Source: a virus (lineage: Duplodnaviria > Caudoviricetes). From it: 64,000 nucleotides of DNA. Shown piece after piece: positions 9,287-18,115 of the stretch (the first letter of the stretch is position 1; every line of letters starts with the position of its first letter). Position numbers and translations under genes: made by a program. The notes under the pieces are model-generated. The model worked only from the letters and a program-made list of their open reading frames with translations, searched no databases and was not told the origin of the DNA. The DNA lies in the IMG/VR virus record IMGVR_UViG_3300003541_000003, positions 3,297 through 67,296 of that record, one strand, 5' to 3'.

Positions 9287-9750
9287 TAGGTCTGCTTTCT
9301 CTGCAACTTGCTCAGGTACTCGAATGCCTCTCCAGCCTTCTCAAACACGATGTCCGCACAGTCAAGAATGAAGGCATGCTTGTGGAGACCTTCTGCATCC
9401 ATCACCACAATGGTGTGCTTTCCAAGCAGACTTGCCCATGCTAATTCCATGCAACTTCCGATGGAGACGATTTTTGCTCCAGAGAAGTCCACCAGCACGA
9501 TGTCTGACTGAGTAACCATCCACTTATCACGTTCTACAATGGCATGGTTGGTGGACACCGGATTGGTGATTCCATTTGTAACCAGAGGTTCACCACGATA
9601 CTTAGGGTCTGTCCTGAGATAGCCTTTGGCAATCATCGGATATAGGCAGTCATAGCCTACATCAGATAGACCTTTTACCAGATTCTCATAGTAGTCAATT
9701 ACTGCCTCCGGTGTCATTCCCGAAATGGGGTGTGCTAAATAAATCTTCAT
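9286..9750 (-). CDS. Nucleoside 2-deoxyribosyltransferase-like protein
   Basis: IYLAHPISG, ERDKWMVTQSDIVLV, SIGSCMELAWA. Confidence 0.8.
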   Translation of the reverse strand: MKIYLAHPISGMTPEAVIDYYENLVKGLSDVGYDCLYPMIAKGYLRTDPKYRGEPLVTNGITNPVSTNHAIVERDKWMVTQSDIVLVDFSGAKIVSIGSCMELAWASLLGKHTIVVMDAEGLHKHAFILDCADIVFEKAGEAFEYLSKLQRKQT

Positions 9751-9751
9751 T

Positions 9752-10222
9752 TTATATGTCCTTTCTAATTTCTGATACGGGGATTAATTCTGGTTCTGGG
9801 TATGTGCAAGTCCAGTTAGCCTCAGTAATCTCATAACCTGTCCAGAAGATAGGATTCATATAGTTTTCTGCACTAGGGTCAAGACATCCTTCGACCTGAC
9901 TCAACGCTGGCTGAGGAAGTAGTGTGTTGTTCACCCAACTCCAGTAGTTGCCTGTGCTTTCGGTTATTTCTTCACATGAATAAGCACCTGTTCCTGTTCC
10001 ATCCTCAAACAACACTTCATCACATTGGAGATAGTAGCATCCCTCATTCACTACCGTCAGCCCTGCATCTTTGATGGAAGTAATCACTTCTACTCCAACA
10101 TAATTCACCGATGCTGGGTCTGTGCAAATGCCCACCACATCAGCGTCCTCAGCTTGCGCTGGTTGTACCAGCAAGCCTCCTAGAAACAACATAATCATCA
10201 AACTCCATATAAACTTTTTCAT
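9752..10222 (-). CDS. Exported acidic protein with two G(I/C)CxDPxxxNY repeats
   Basis: Signal peptide MKKFIWSL..AQA. Repeats GICTDPASVNY and GCLDPSAENY. Confidence 0.65.
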   Translation of the reverse strand: MKKFIWSLMIMLFLGGLLVQPAQAEDADVVGICTDPASVNYVGVEVITSIKDAGLTVVNEGCYYLQCDEVLFEDGTGTGAYSCEEITESTGNYWSWVNNTLLPQPALSQVEGCLDPSAENYMNPIFWTGYEITEANWTCTYPEPELIPVSEIRKDI

Positions 10223-10223
10223 C

Positions 10224-10523
10224 TTATTTCTCCTTTTCTTTTTTGAATATGTCCATCAAAATCAGCATCACCAATTCCTTAGCGGTACGCTTCCTACTAA
10301 ATCCTACATATCTTCCTTTATATTCTCCTTTCTTCAATTCTATGGTATCAAAATGCCTACGAAACTTTGCCCACCTCATATCATCCTCAACCTCTGAGGC
10401 ATAGTAGGTATAATTTCCTTCTTCCTGAGTGCCTGTGCCATCGTTTCCTATAAGCAAAGTAAAGATTTCTTTGCTATTAGATTCTATACCAAAAGGCACT
10501 AATTCAACGGTAACTCTTAACAT
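10224..10523 (-). CDS. Hypothetical protein
   Basis: 99-aa ORF in operon. Confidence 0.7.
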   Translation of the reverse strand: MLRVTVELVPFGIESNSKEIFTLLIGNDGTGTQEEGNYTYYASEVEDDMRWAKFRRHFDTIELKKGEYKGRYVGFSRKRTAKELVMLILMDIFKKEKEK

Positions 10524-10540
10524 ATTCTAATGTTCCTTTC

Positions 10541-10921
10541 TTAGTATATGTCTGCTTCTGTGGCATCACAGTTTGCATATTTGGCTAATCTTTCAGCCCT
10601 AGTGGGAACACATTTCCATACTCCGTGTTTCACTCTTGACGACAATTCAGAGTCAATCTGCTCTTTCAAACCAATCATCTCTCCAATGTGTTCTTCTAGT
10701 CTATTTAGGTCTGCCTCAAAGCCCATTTGAGCCATTTCTCCAATAGGCTCTCCGCAGGAATAGGCATCTAGGGCTGTCCTTGAATCTTTTATAATATTTT
10801 CAGCTAGAACAACCCTCATAGCCATAAGGTCTCCCATGCCTACATCTGAAAGACGCTTGGTTGAATCGTTCAGGTAGGTTCTTGTAAGTTTTGCTATTCT
10901 TTGCTCAAATTCGTCTGCCAT
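10541..10921 (-). CDS. Hypothetical protein
   Basis: AAAGGA RBS precedes the ATG at 10921. Confidence 0.7.
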   Translation of the reverse strand: MADEFEQRIAKLTRTYLNDSTKRLSDVGMGDLMAMRVVLAENIIKDSRTALDAYSCGEPIGEMAQMGFEADLNRLEEHIGEMIGLKEQIDSELSSRVKHGVWKCVPTRAERLAKYANCDATEADIY

Positions 10922-10923
10922 TT

Positions 10924-12072
10924 TTATCCTTTCAGGTTGAACCATATTCCATCATCACCCCAAGCATGCTTGCCATCCCAATCCATTTGAATTGCGCCAG
11001 GGCATCCATGCTTGCGCCATCCACCACGTTGTTTCCACGAGAGCAGATAGCCCTTTTCATCTACTGGTGGGAGTGTGCCTTCATCCGATAAAGGATGGAA
11101 GTCTGTGTTCGGATTGTAGAGCATCCAGATGTCCCAACTCAACGCCTCAGCCAAACTCGTGTAACGTAGATGGTTCGGACGAGGTAGACCACCTGTGTAG
11201 TTACGATTCAGTTGCGAAAAGAGCATGGTTGGACACATCATGCGCTTTGCCATGCGAGACTGCACCAGATAGATGTTCGCCATCTCGCTTTCGCTGGTTT
11301 CGTTCTGAATCATCAGGTCAGCAAAGTCCGTGAGTATCAATCCAGCCTCATCTTTATACTTGTAGGCTTTATTGGCAATATCCTCAACGGACATGATTTC
11401 ATCAAAGATGATAAGCCTGTCCTGTTCCTCTTTGGAGAAGTTGTTGATTTCCAGCGCACGATTTTTGAATTCTGCCCCAGGCATTTCCAGCGTGAACATC
11501 AACGCCATCTTATCCTTATGCTCGACCAAGAATTTCTTGATGAACCGGATGCCAAATGACGTTTTTCCAACCCCAGGTGAGCCACCAACGGTAATCAAGC
11601 CCACCTTTGGTACTCCACCGAGATGTACGTCAATGGCGTTCCATCCTGTGAGCATGAACGGGTCATCCTCTGGAATAATCTGGCTCATGGGTACTCCATT
11701 GACCTGCTTGCCTTCCAGCATGTTGAATTTCTCAACCACCGGAGCAAAGTTTACTTCTTCACCTTTCCTCAGCTTTCTGATGAACACTTCCAAAGTATCC
11801 GCAGTCTGCGCTTGCAAAGCAGAGCGTTCTAGCATCTGGATGAAGTCAATCTTCGTTCCATTGATTTCCTTCGATGCGTCCATTGCGGCTTGCACAGGCG
11901 TGATGCCAAGTCTGGCTACCATATACTCTATGGAGTTATTGCCCTGCTTGTAATACTTCACACCTGAATCATACGGCTCAATAAACATCTCTGGACGAAT
12001 CGCCTCAACGGAGACCCGTCCTCGAAGTAATAAGCCAAACGTCATTTCAGATAGGGATGCCCAATCAGTCAA
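10924..12072 (-). CDS. dnaB: DnaB-like replicative helicase
   Basis: GGSPGVGKT, MFTLEM, LTDFADL, FSQLNR, LEALSWD-like segment, KQR. Confidence 0.85.
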   Translation of the reverse strand: MTDWASLSEMTFGLLLRGRVSVEAIRPEMFIEPYDSGVKYYKQGNNSIEYMVARLGITPVQAAMDASKEINGTKIDFIQMLERSALQAQTADTLEVFIRKLRKGEEVNFAPVVEKFNMLEGKQVNGVPMSQIIPEDDPFMLTGWNAIDVHLGGVPKVGLITVGGSPGVGKTSFGIRFIKKFLVEHKDKMALMFTLEMPGAEFKNRALEINNFSKEEQDRLIIFDEIMSVEDIANKAYKYKDEAGLILTDFADLMIQNETSESEMANIYLVQSRMAKRMMCPTMLFSQLNRNYTGGLPRPNHLRYTSLAEALSWDIWMLYNPNTDFHPLSDEGTLPPVDEKGYLLSWKQRGGWRKHGCPGAIQMDWDGKHAWGDDGIWFNLKG

Positions 12073-12649
12073 TGATTTTTCCTGCTCTCTCCTGAATTGC
12101 TAATCTAGCCATCGTGAAATATTCAGGGTCTCTCTCGATGCCTATGTAACTCCGATGATTCAACGAACAGACCTCTCCAACTGTTCCTGAACCCATGAAG
12201 GGGTCTAACACCGTGTCAAATGGATTGGTGTGATTCAGGACAAGTCTGGTCATCAATGAGAGAGGTTTCTTATATGGATGTTCCTTGCTTTCCACGAGGT
12301 CAGTAAAGACGTTGGTATATTGCGACCAATGCCTGTCTGCATTCCACGTTCCATCACCAAACACCATAATCATCTCGACAAAGCGAGAGTAGGACTTGCT
12401 AGTGTTTTTGGTAGAGATAGGTTTGACCCAAAACAGAATTTGTTTCGCTCTTTCTGGAAACCATTGATTCTCTGGTGGGCAGAAAATAATGATATTGCCT
12501 TTACAAATGCGTTCAAATTCATTCTGATATAGCTTTTTAGTTACAAGGTCGAAATCATACGGTGGGTCTGTGATTATACAATCCACCGTTTTACTTCCCT
12601 TTTGTGTAACGTAATCCAGAGAATTCTGATTAAGTATTTGTAGAGTCAT
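12065..12649 (-). CDS. N6-adenine/N4-cytosine DNA methyltransferase, beta class
   Basis: IITDPPY (motif IV) precedes HPYKKP and VLDPFMGSGT (motif I). Confidence 0.92.
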   Translation of the reverse strand: MTLQILNQNSLDYVTQKGSKTVDCIITDPPYDFDLVTKKLYQNEFERICKGNIIIFCPPENQWFPERAKQILFWVKPISTKNTSKSYSRFVEMIMVFGDGTWNADRHWSQYTNVFTDLVESKEHPYKKPLSLMTRLVLNHTNPFDTVLDPFMGSGTVGEVCSLNHRSYIGIERDPEYFTMARLAIQERAGKIID

Positions 12650-12867
12650 GCTGTTCCATCCTCAAACTCTGGACACTCAAATACAGGGGTAGTAATGTGA
12701 TGACGCACACAAATTGCGAACACATCTTTTGCAATTGGACAATTCTCTGCTGTGTCAGGCTTGAATTTAGCACAGGGATAAAAGCATAAGCAATTTTGCC
12801 GATGTTGTCCTTTGTTCTTAGATTCTACTGAAACTTCAACTCCGTGATGTTCATATTTTTCAATCAT
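12646..12867 (-). CDS. Cys-rich hypothetical protein
   Basis: 73-aa ORF with 6 Cys; overlaps neighbours. Confidence 0.65.
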   Translation of the reverse strand: MIEKYEHHGVEVSVESKNKGQHRQNCLCFYPCAKFKPDTAENCPIAKDVFAICVRHHITTPVFECPEFEDGTA

Positions 12868-13066
12868 GTTGTATCTCCTTTATAAGTGAATTGTTGTTAC
12901 TTGCCAGTAAGACTACTTCAGTATCGCTATCTTCTTTGTAATAGTTATCACCAGAATCAAATCCAGCAAAATTTTGGAGCAGTTGTCCCAGCCTCAAGTC
13001 TGGATAGCGAATCCACAATGCACGAATGAGGGCTAAAATCCTATCAATTCTGTTTATATCTCTCAT
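12860..13066 (-). CDS. Conserved small phage protein (MRDINRID..W..YPDLRLGQLL)
   Basis: Recognisable recurrent phage motif; function unknown. Confidence 0.7.
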   Translation of the reverse strand: MRDINRIDRILALIRALWIRYPDLRLGQLLQNFAGFDSGDNYYKEDSDTEVVLLASNNNSLIKEIQHD

Positions 13067-13599
13067 TCTAAATCTCCTTTCGTGAATAAAAAGTATGGAT
13101 GCTCTAACTCTGATGTTAGGGTCTCACAGAAGAATCTCCATTGGGGCAACTTGTGATTCTTGCGTTGCTGGTAGATATTCCTGAGAGCCTTGTAATTCGT
13201 TACCATGATTCTTCGTTGTAGGAATCCTTCTGGTAACTCATTCTTAACCTGCTCCAAGTTTCCCTGTTCAATCATGACATTGAGAGAGAAAAGGGTAGAG
13301 GGTAAGATAGGACTTTCAAAATCCTCTTTGGTCAGAGGTTTTTTGGTCAGCGTATACATGGTGGATTCAGAGAGCCACGAGCTACCAATGCGGTAGGTTG
13401 CCATCTGTTGCCACCAGTAACGGGGTGCGTCAATGTCCATCCAGACGGTGATGAATTCGAGAAATTTGTTGTGTCCACCATCCATCTGTGCCAGCCTATT
13501 GCAAACCTCAATCATATCCTCAGCATTTTGATTTCTGCTCAGAGATGTTCCAAGCAGAGCCTCAGCCAATCCATGTTCTTCAATTATTTTAACTTTCAT
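13063..13599 (-). CDS. thyX: Divergent ThyX-like flavin-dependent thymidylate synthase
   Basis: GHNKFLE, APRYWWQQMATYR, SESTMY, LPEGFLQ, NYKALRNIYQQRKNHKLPQW. Canonical RHR and SxRY motifs are altered. Confidence 0.65.
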   Translation of the reverse strand: MKVKIIEEHGLAEALLGTSLSRNQNAEDMIEVCNRLAQMDGGHNKFLEFITVWMDIDAPRYWWQQMATYRIGSSWLSESTMYTLTKKPLTKEDFESPILPSTLFSLNVMIEQGNLEQVKNELPEGFLQRRIMVTNYKALRNIYQQRKNHKLPQWRFFCETLTSELEHPYFLFTKGDLE

Positions 13600-13623
13600 T
13601 CTCCGCTCCTTTCGTAAGTGATT

Positions 13624-13908
13624 TCAGCACCTTGTTGTTTTGCCATACCAATTCTCTTTAGCTCCACAGTAAATACATATCCATTCTTTTGTTTCGTTTT
13701 CGTGACCAAATACATGACCATGTAATTTACAGGCTTCTTCTGGAGGTAAGGTTTTTCTATCAATTAAATCTATCATTACGTTGTATGCGTGTTTTACTCC
13801 ACGGTTGAAGTCAAATGAGCCATAATCTCTTTCCGTGTATGAACGTTCAGCAATTTCTTTGGCAAGCTCTTTTGTCAATTCAATAGACTGTACCTGTTTT
13901 TCGCTCAT
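13624..13908 (-). CDS. Hypothetical protein with C-terminal zinc ribbon
   Basis: Starts at the junction-repeat ATG. C..HGH..WICIYCG. Confidence 0.65.
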   Translation of the reverse strand: MSEKQVQSIELTKELAKEIAERSYTERDYGSFDFNRGVKHAYNVMIDLIDRKTLPPEEACKLHGHVFGHENETKEWICIYCGAKENWYGKTTRC

Positions 13909-13924
13909 TCTCCGCTCCTTTCGG

Positions 13925-14113
13925 CTACCATCCCATAAACTCGGGTAACGCCAAATATTCTTCTTCTGACATTTCAACAATTGTTAGCGTAACCGATGTT
14001 CCCACCTCTTGGTCGCCAGAAATAATCTCTCCATCTATTACATCTGGAAGTTTCTCAAATCGCTCAATATAACTTCCTTCAGCATCATTCCTAGTTATCT
14101 TTATGAGTTTCAT
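13925..14113 (-). CDS. Small acidic hypothetical protein
   Basis: Starts at the variant junction-repeat ATG. Ends EEEYLALPEFMGW. Confidence 0.65.
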   Translation of the reverse strand: MKLIKITRNDAEGSYIERFEKLPDVIDGEIISGDQEVGTSVTLTIVEMSEEEYLALPEFMGW

Positions 14114-14367
14114 TCTCCCTCGCTTTCGGGAGGGAGTGAAAAAATCCAATGGGTTATCATTGGCTCTTTCGCATCGTGGGGGCATCTGAGATTCCATGCC
14201 TTGATTGCTGATTCTAGGTCTATATGTTCTGCAATTTCTCCATATCTTTTAGGAAACTTACTTCCTTCTGCTCCACATTCTAAACATCGTATAAAGGCAT
14301 GGTTGGAATAGATAGTTTCCAATTTATCACTACCGCAGAATGGGCAGTTTTCGAGTTTGGTTGTCAT
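14110..14367 (-). CDS. Lar-family restriction-alleviation protein
   Basis: LENCPFCG..IRCLECGAEG..AIKAWNLR. Confidence 0.75.
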   Translation of the reverse strand: MTTKLENCPFCGSDKLETIYSNHAFIRCLECGAEGSKFPKRYGEIAEHIDLESAIKAWNLRCPHDAKEPMITHWIFSLPPESEGE

Positions 14368-14693
14368 TCTCCGCTCCTTTCGGGAGGAAGGGGGATACAC
14401 ATTCCAAAATATCTGACTATATTGCACTTTTCTAAATCATTGTGGTCTGGTAAAAAATACCACCCCATTATCTCGCCATATTTATCCTCAACCAGATACC
14501 ATCCCTCCTCTTTCGGTGGCTCTTTCACCGCATCGAGCCAGATGGGGGCGAGTTTCCGCAATTCAAGTAATTCGTGCGCCATACTATTTAGCAATACAAC
14601 TTCGCTCTCCTTGTGGTTTCGTCTTGTGTGCCAATTTATCCCCAATTCAATTATTTCGTGAAGTTGCTCATCGGTTGGTTTCATGTTAAACAT
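14364..14693 (-). CDS. DUF551-like protein
   Basis: WLDAVKEPP..GWYLV..IPLPP. Confidence 0.6.
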   Translation of the reverse strand: MFNMKPTDEQLHEIIELGINWHTRRNHKESEVVLLNSMAHELLELRKLAPIWLDAVKEPPKEEGWYLVEDKYGEIMGWYFLPDHNDLEKCNIVRYFGMCIPLPPERSGE

Positions 14694-15193
14694 TAGTTGT
14701 AATTCTCCTTTGCCTCAATCGCTTTCCACTTTCCATCCCAGCACTTCTGACAATAGACCCCAGCAAAGTAGCGACCACCAACTTCACCATGACGTTTGAT
14801 TTTAGTATCACAATCAGAGCAATGGATATATCCTTTGGTGTAATCTTCCATGCGCTCAATGACCTTATTGATAGCAGACTGTCTCCCCTTTTCGTCTCCA
14901 TCTACAAAGTTGGCTTTTGCTACTAGGTCAGACCCAACTGCATCCCAGATATTGAGCATGTCATTATGGAACATCCAACTGAACGGATGACCATATATAT
15001 CCGTAACAAAGTTGGATTCAAATTGACGAATGCCATTGACATCAAAGGTTATCTCGTGCATATCTTCACACAACTCAACACATTCCTTGTTGGTGTGCTT
15101 GACGATGAAGTCGCTGAAATTATACTTATTGATGAAGGGCTTGAACACAGGTCTAATCGTGCGGTGTTTCATTTCAAAGTGAGGTAAGTCCAT
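14693..15193 (-). CDS. Hypothetical protein with CxxC pairs
   Basis: HCSDC..YCQKC; coupled to neighbours. Confidence 0.7.
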   Translation of the reverse strand: MDLPHFEMKHRTIRPVFKPFINKYNFSDFIVKHTNKECVELCEDMHEITFDVNGIRQFESNFVTDIYGHPFSWMFHNDMLNIWDAVGSDLVAKANFVDGDEKGRQSAINKVIERMEDYTKGYIHCSDCDTKIKRHGEVGGRYFAGVYCQKCWDGKWKAIEAKENYN

Positions 15194-16117
15194 TTATTTA
15201 TCCTTTCTAATATTGAATGTGTATTTATTATCGCACGAAACCGTGTCTGCAACGAGAGTCTTAAGTTTCTCTAATCCAATTTTAATGTAGACATCGTTGC
15301 AATCCTTCGTGCCTTCTGGATAATCCAGCGTGAGCAACTTGCCACGCCATCCGAGTGAAGTTGCGAGTTTTACCGCATCGTGATAATCCTTTCCATCCCC
15401 ATCAGGGATGATGTAGATTTTCTTGCGAATCGTTGCGAACATCTCCGAGGGTAGACAGTGTCCAGCCGTTCCTGACATCGAGGGCAGACCAGCCACGCTC
15501 AATGTGATGGCATCCACAACTCCAAAGGTCAGGAATACATACTCACCATCTTTGAGCAATTTCCAATCGGGAACATAAATTTGAGGTTTCTGCCCTGGGG
15601 GAGTCATATAACGGATACCAAAATTCTGTTCAGCCACCTGTCCAGCACGAGCCACAATCCCTGTAATCTCTCGGTGTTCTCCAAGCACAGGAAAGGTGAA
15701 CCAGCCATCCAAGTAGCCGTACATCAGCTTATCCATGAGTGTCCAGATGCCCCGTTGTTTCAGGTAGTATCCGAGGTCTGGATTCATTGCCAGCCTACGG
15801 TGTCCTTCCAGCGCAATATCCTCAATGTCCATTTCGTCATCCATTCTACCCCACAGGTGAGGTCTGAGAGACCTCTGAGAAGGCTTGATGGACTTACCTT
15901 CGAGCCTTTGGAGCAGTTTGGTTGTCTTGCCATGCGCTCCGCAGGATAGACACCTGTAACTATCTGGATAAATGAACATGGAAGGGTTTGTTTCATCATG
16001 GAACAGGCAGTTACAGGTGAGGTATCCTGAGTACCGTTTGCAGGGAATCAGGTCTGCAATTTGGTCTAGTAAACTATCCATAGGATTTGAGCCTTGTTTT
16101 GAAGTCTGGAAGGGCAT
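15194..16117 (-). CDS. DnaG-type primase-like protein (CHC2 zinc finger + TOPRIM)
   Basis: CLFHDETNPS..RCLSCG; TOPRIM LTFGVVDA and IPDGD. The TOPRIM Glu is replaced by Phe. Confidence 0.8.
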   Translation of the reverse strand: MPFQTSKQGSNPMDSLLDQIADLIPCKRYSGYLTCNCLFHDETNPSMFIYPDSYRCLSCGAHGKTTKLLQRLEGKSIKPSQRSLRPHLWGRMDDEMDIEDIALEGHRRLAMNPDLGYYLKQRGIWTLMDKLMYGYLDGWFTFPVLGEHREITGIVARAGQVAEQNFGIRYMTPPGQKPQIYVPDWKLLKDGEYVFLTFGVVDAITLSVAGLPSMSGTAGHCLPSEMFATIRKKIYIIPDGDGKDYHDAVKLATSLGWRGKLLTLDYPEGTKDCNDVYIKIGLEKLKTLVADTVSCDNKYTFNIRKDK

Positions 16118-16469
16118 AAATAAGATGGGTCAAGAACGCTACCATCTTATTAGTAATAATGGGTAGGTCAGATGATTTGAAAATAAAGAAAGCTATTTTT
16201 CTTTGCGCCTCATTTTCTGGTCTCATTAAAGGATTAGAGTCTTTTGTGATTTCATCCAACGCCATACCATTAATCATCTCTAACAGCCTGATGAAATCTT
16301 TACAGGTATCAAGCGAATCAAAACCTGCATTAGTGAGCAATGTTTCAGACTCTATATGAGTAATCATCCAGCCGGAGGTTTTATCTTCCTGACAAGCAAA
16401 ATGCTTGCTTACTTTATCTCCCTTGACTAATATGCCTTCACTTTTGTAATAGATTTTATTTGTTGTCAA
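16074..16469 (-). CDS. Hypothetical protein
   Basis: 131-aa ORF with TTG start and GGAG RBS. Confidence 0.6.
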   Translation of the reverse strand: MTTNKIYYKSEGILVKGDKVSKHFACQEDKTSGWMITHIESETLLTNAGFDSLDTCKDFIRLLEMINGMALDEITKDSNPLMRPENEAQRKIAFFIFKSSDLPIITNKMVAFLTHLIYALPDFKTRLKSYG

Positions 16470-16486
16470 TTTATTTTCTCCTTAAT

Positions 16487-16584
16487 TGGGTGGTCAGGAT
16501 TTGAACCTGATTGACTATTTCGTATAAAACATTCAGAGGGTAGTCATCCAGAGCGTTAGTGTGTTCCCACCACACCGCCACCCA
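16487..16584 (-). ncRNA. tRNA-like RNA without a canonical anticodon arm
   Basis: Acceptor TGGGTGG/CCACCCA; D-like arm GTGT-GGTGGGA-ACAC; T arm TCAGG-TTCAAAT-CCTGA; central TGACTA/TAGTCA stem. Confidence 0.65.
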
Positions 16585-16591
16585 AATTTAC

Positions 16592-17245
16592 TTAGTCTAC
16601 TTCTTCCAAAGCGGTGATGGCATCCACATGCCCATCTTTCATGATGACCATGAGTTTGTAGCCAGCATCTTTGAGTCGAGTTTCGAGCGCAGGAAGGATG
16701 TTGTCAATGTAGGTCATTGTTCCCTTCTTGAACGCACCTGTAGCATCGAGGAAGTTTGCAGTCTGCTGGGTGTACTTGCTCTTTGGTTTGACAAAGGCAA
16801 CCTGACCCTCCAACTCCCCAAAGTTATAGCGCAGGAAGTATGGGATGACCAAACCAGCGTCTTTGCCTTCGATGATTTCGAGCAAAGCGGTAAACGCATC
16901 GTACTCGGTAACTCCAGCCTGACCTGTCTGCTTATCCACGAATTGCATCGTGTAATGCTGGGGGGCAGGGAGTTGGTCTTTCGGTGAGGCAAAACCAATA
17001 AATTTGCATTTGAATGCACCGGACACAGGGCTAAAGCTATACATCTTGTCAGCCTTAGCGTTTAGAGACACGAACCACTTTCCTGCACGAACATTCGCAG
17101 GGCATTGTTCAGGTGTCAGGTCGAACACCACATCAGGATTATCCTCAAAGGCAATCTTGATAGAGGTTTTAGTTACACGGACTGTTCCAATTCCACGCAG
17201 TCCTTTTTGTTTGGGGCTTTCTTTGGTAGCCCATTTTTCAGCCAT
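16592..17245 (-). CDS. Hypothetical replication-module protein (possible ssDNA-binding protein)
   Basis: 217-aa beta-rich ORF with acidic C-terminus, located upstream of primase. Function inferred from position only. Confidence 0.6.
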   Translation of the reverse strand: MAEKWATKESPKQKGLRGIGTVRVTKTSIKIAFEDNPDVVFDLTPEQCPANVRAGKWFVSLNAKADKMYSFSPVSGAFKCKFIGFASPKDQLPAPQHYTMQFVDKQTGQAGVTEYDAFTALLEIIEGKDAGLVIPYFLRYNFGELEGQVAFVKPKSKYTQQTANFLDATGAFKKGTMTYIDNILPALETRLKDAGYKLMVIMKDGHVDAITALEEVD

Positions 17246-17263
17246 GATTCAATTCTCCTTTCA

Positions 17264-17449
17264 TTATACGAGAAAGATTTTTTTCGCCCAGAAGAATCCA
17301 GCGATTGCTAGTGCAACTGGATAGGGCATCGGTTCGGCACTCATGAGGTTCTGGAATGTGAGATTCCATGCCAGCATGATTACCAGCGCAAAGAGCGCAT
17401 ACAGGACAACAAAAAGCAAAATGGTTGCTATTAGTTTCGAGACTTTCAT
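17264..17449 (-). CDS. Small two-helix membrane protein
   Basis: Two hydrophobic segments; AAGGAG RBS. Confidence 0.7.
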   Translation of the reverse strand: MKVSKLIATILLFVVLYALFALVIMLAWNLTFQNLMSAEPMPYPVALAIAGFFWAKKIFLV

Positions 17450-17460
17450 TGTTCTCCTTT

Positions 17461-17724
17461 CTATTTAGATTCTGAGTAGGTGGCACGAATCGCTTTTGCG
17501 AGATTCTGCATTGTGAGTGCCATACCATCAGGCGTGAGAGTATATTCAATCATGCCATCTAGTGTGTCCATGCCAGCAACATATTTTGGGTCATCGGGGA
17601 TTTCCACAACCACCCAAATATCTTTTGGCACGAGGGTTGGACTGAGGGGCTTATACTGAATCGGGTCAGTATTGCATTGAGTCCACTTCATCCTAATCTT
17701 TACAGTCTTTTCATTAGTCATCAT
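17461..17724 (-). CDS. Hypothetical protein
   Basis: AAGGAG RBS precedes the ATG at 17724. Confidence 0.65.
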   Translation of the reverse strand: MMTNEKTVKIRMKWTQCNTDPIQYKPLSPTLVPKDIWVVVEIPDDPKYVAGMDTLDGMIEYTLTPDGMALTMQNLAKAIRATYSESK

Positions 17725-17734
17725 TTTCTCCTTT

Positions 17735-18115
17735 CTATCTATGAGTTTTGAAGGGGTCGTCTGTCCAATCATCGTCAGACCCACCAATCAACAGGTCATC
17801 ATCCAGACTGTCATCCACAACGAGGATTTCCAGAGGTTTGATTTTTTCTAGGTAGTATTCACCACCAAACTTAATCTCTCGTGGAGCAAGATACGCCCAC
17901 AGGTGAAGGTCATCTGCGCCCGTATCGGGGTCAGGAATATCCGTCTTGACCAGACCAAAACCAAATTTAGGGTCTGCTCCATAGGGAACAGGAACACCCT
18001 GAAAGTAGCTATGGGGCTTGATTTCAACGCTGGTTTGGGTATCAGGAATGAGAAACTTGCATCCATTTGTGAATAACCTACGATTGACTAAAATCTTACG
18101 AAACTTAGTATCCAC
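17735..18115 (-). CDS. Hypothetical protein with acidic tail
   Basis: 126-aa ORF. Confidence 0.65.
   Translation of the reverse strand: MDTKFRKILVNRRLFTNGCKFLIPDTQTSVEIKPHSYFQGVPVPYGADPKFGFGLVKTDIPDPDTGADDLHLWAYLAPREIKFGGEYYLEKIKPLEILVVDDSLDDDLLIGGSDDDWTDDPFKTHR

Larger units (their letters stand above)
13596..14382 (-). repeat. 19-nt gene-junction repeat CGAAAGGAGCGGAGAATGA (3 exact copies + 1 variant)
   Basis: Exact at 13596-13614, 13905-13923 and 14364-14382; variant at 14110-14128. Each copy supplies the RBS and ATG of the next gene. Confidence 0.9.

Noticed and set aside
15232-15250. Extra palindrome copies at ~15235, ~8875 and ~26658
   Set aside because: Only half-sites or several mismatches; not counted among the ten.
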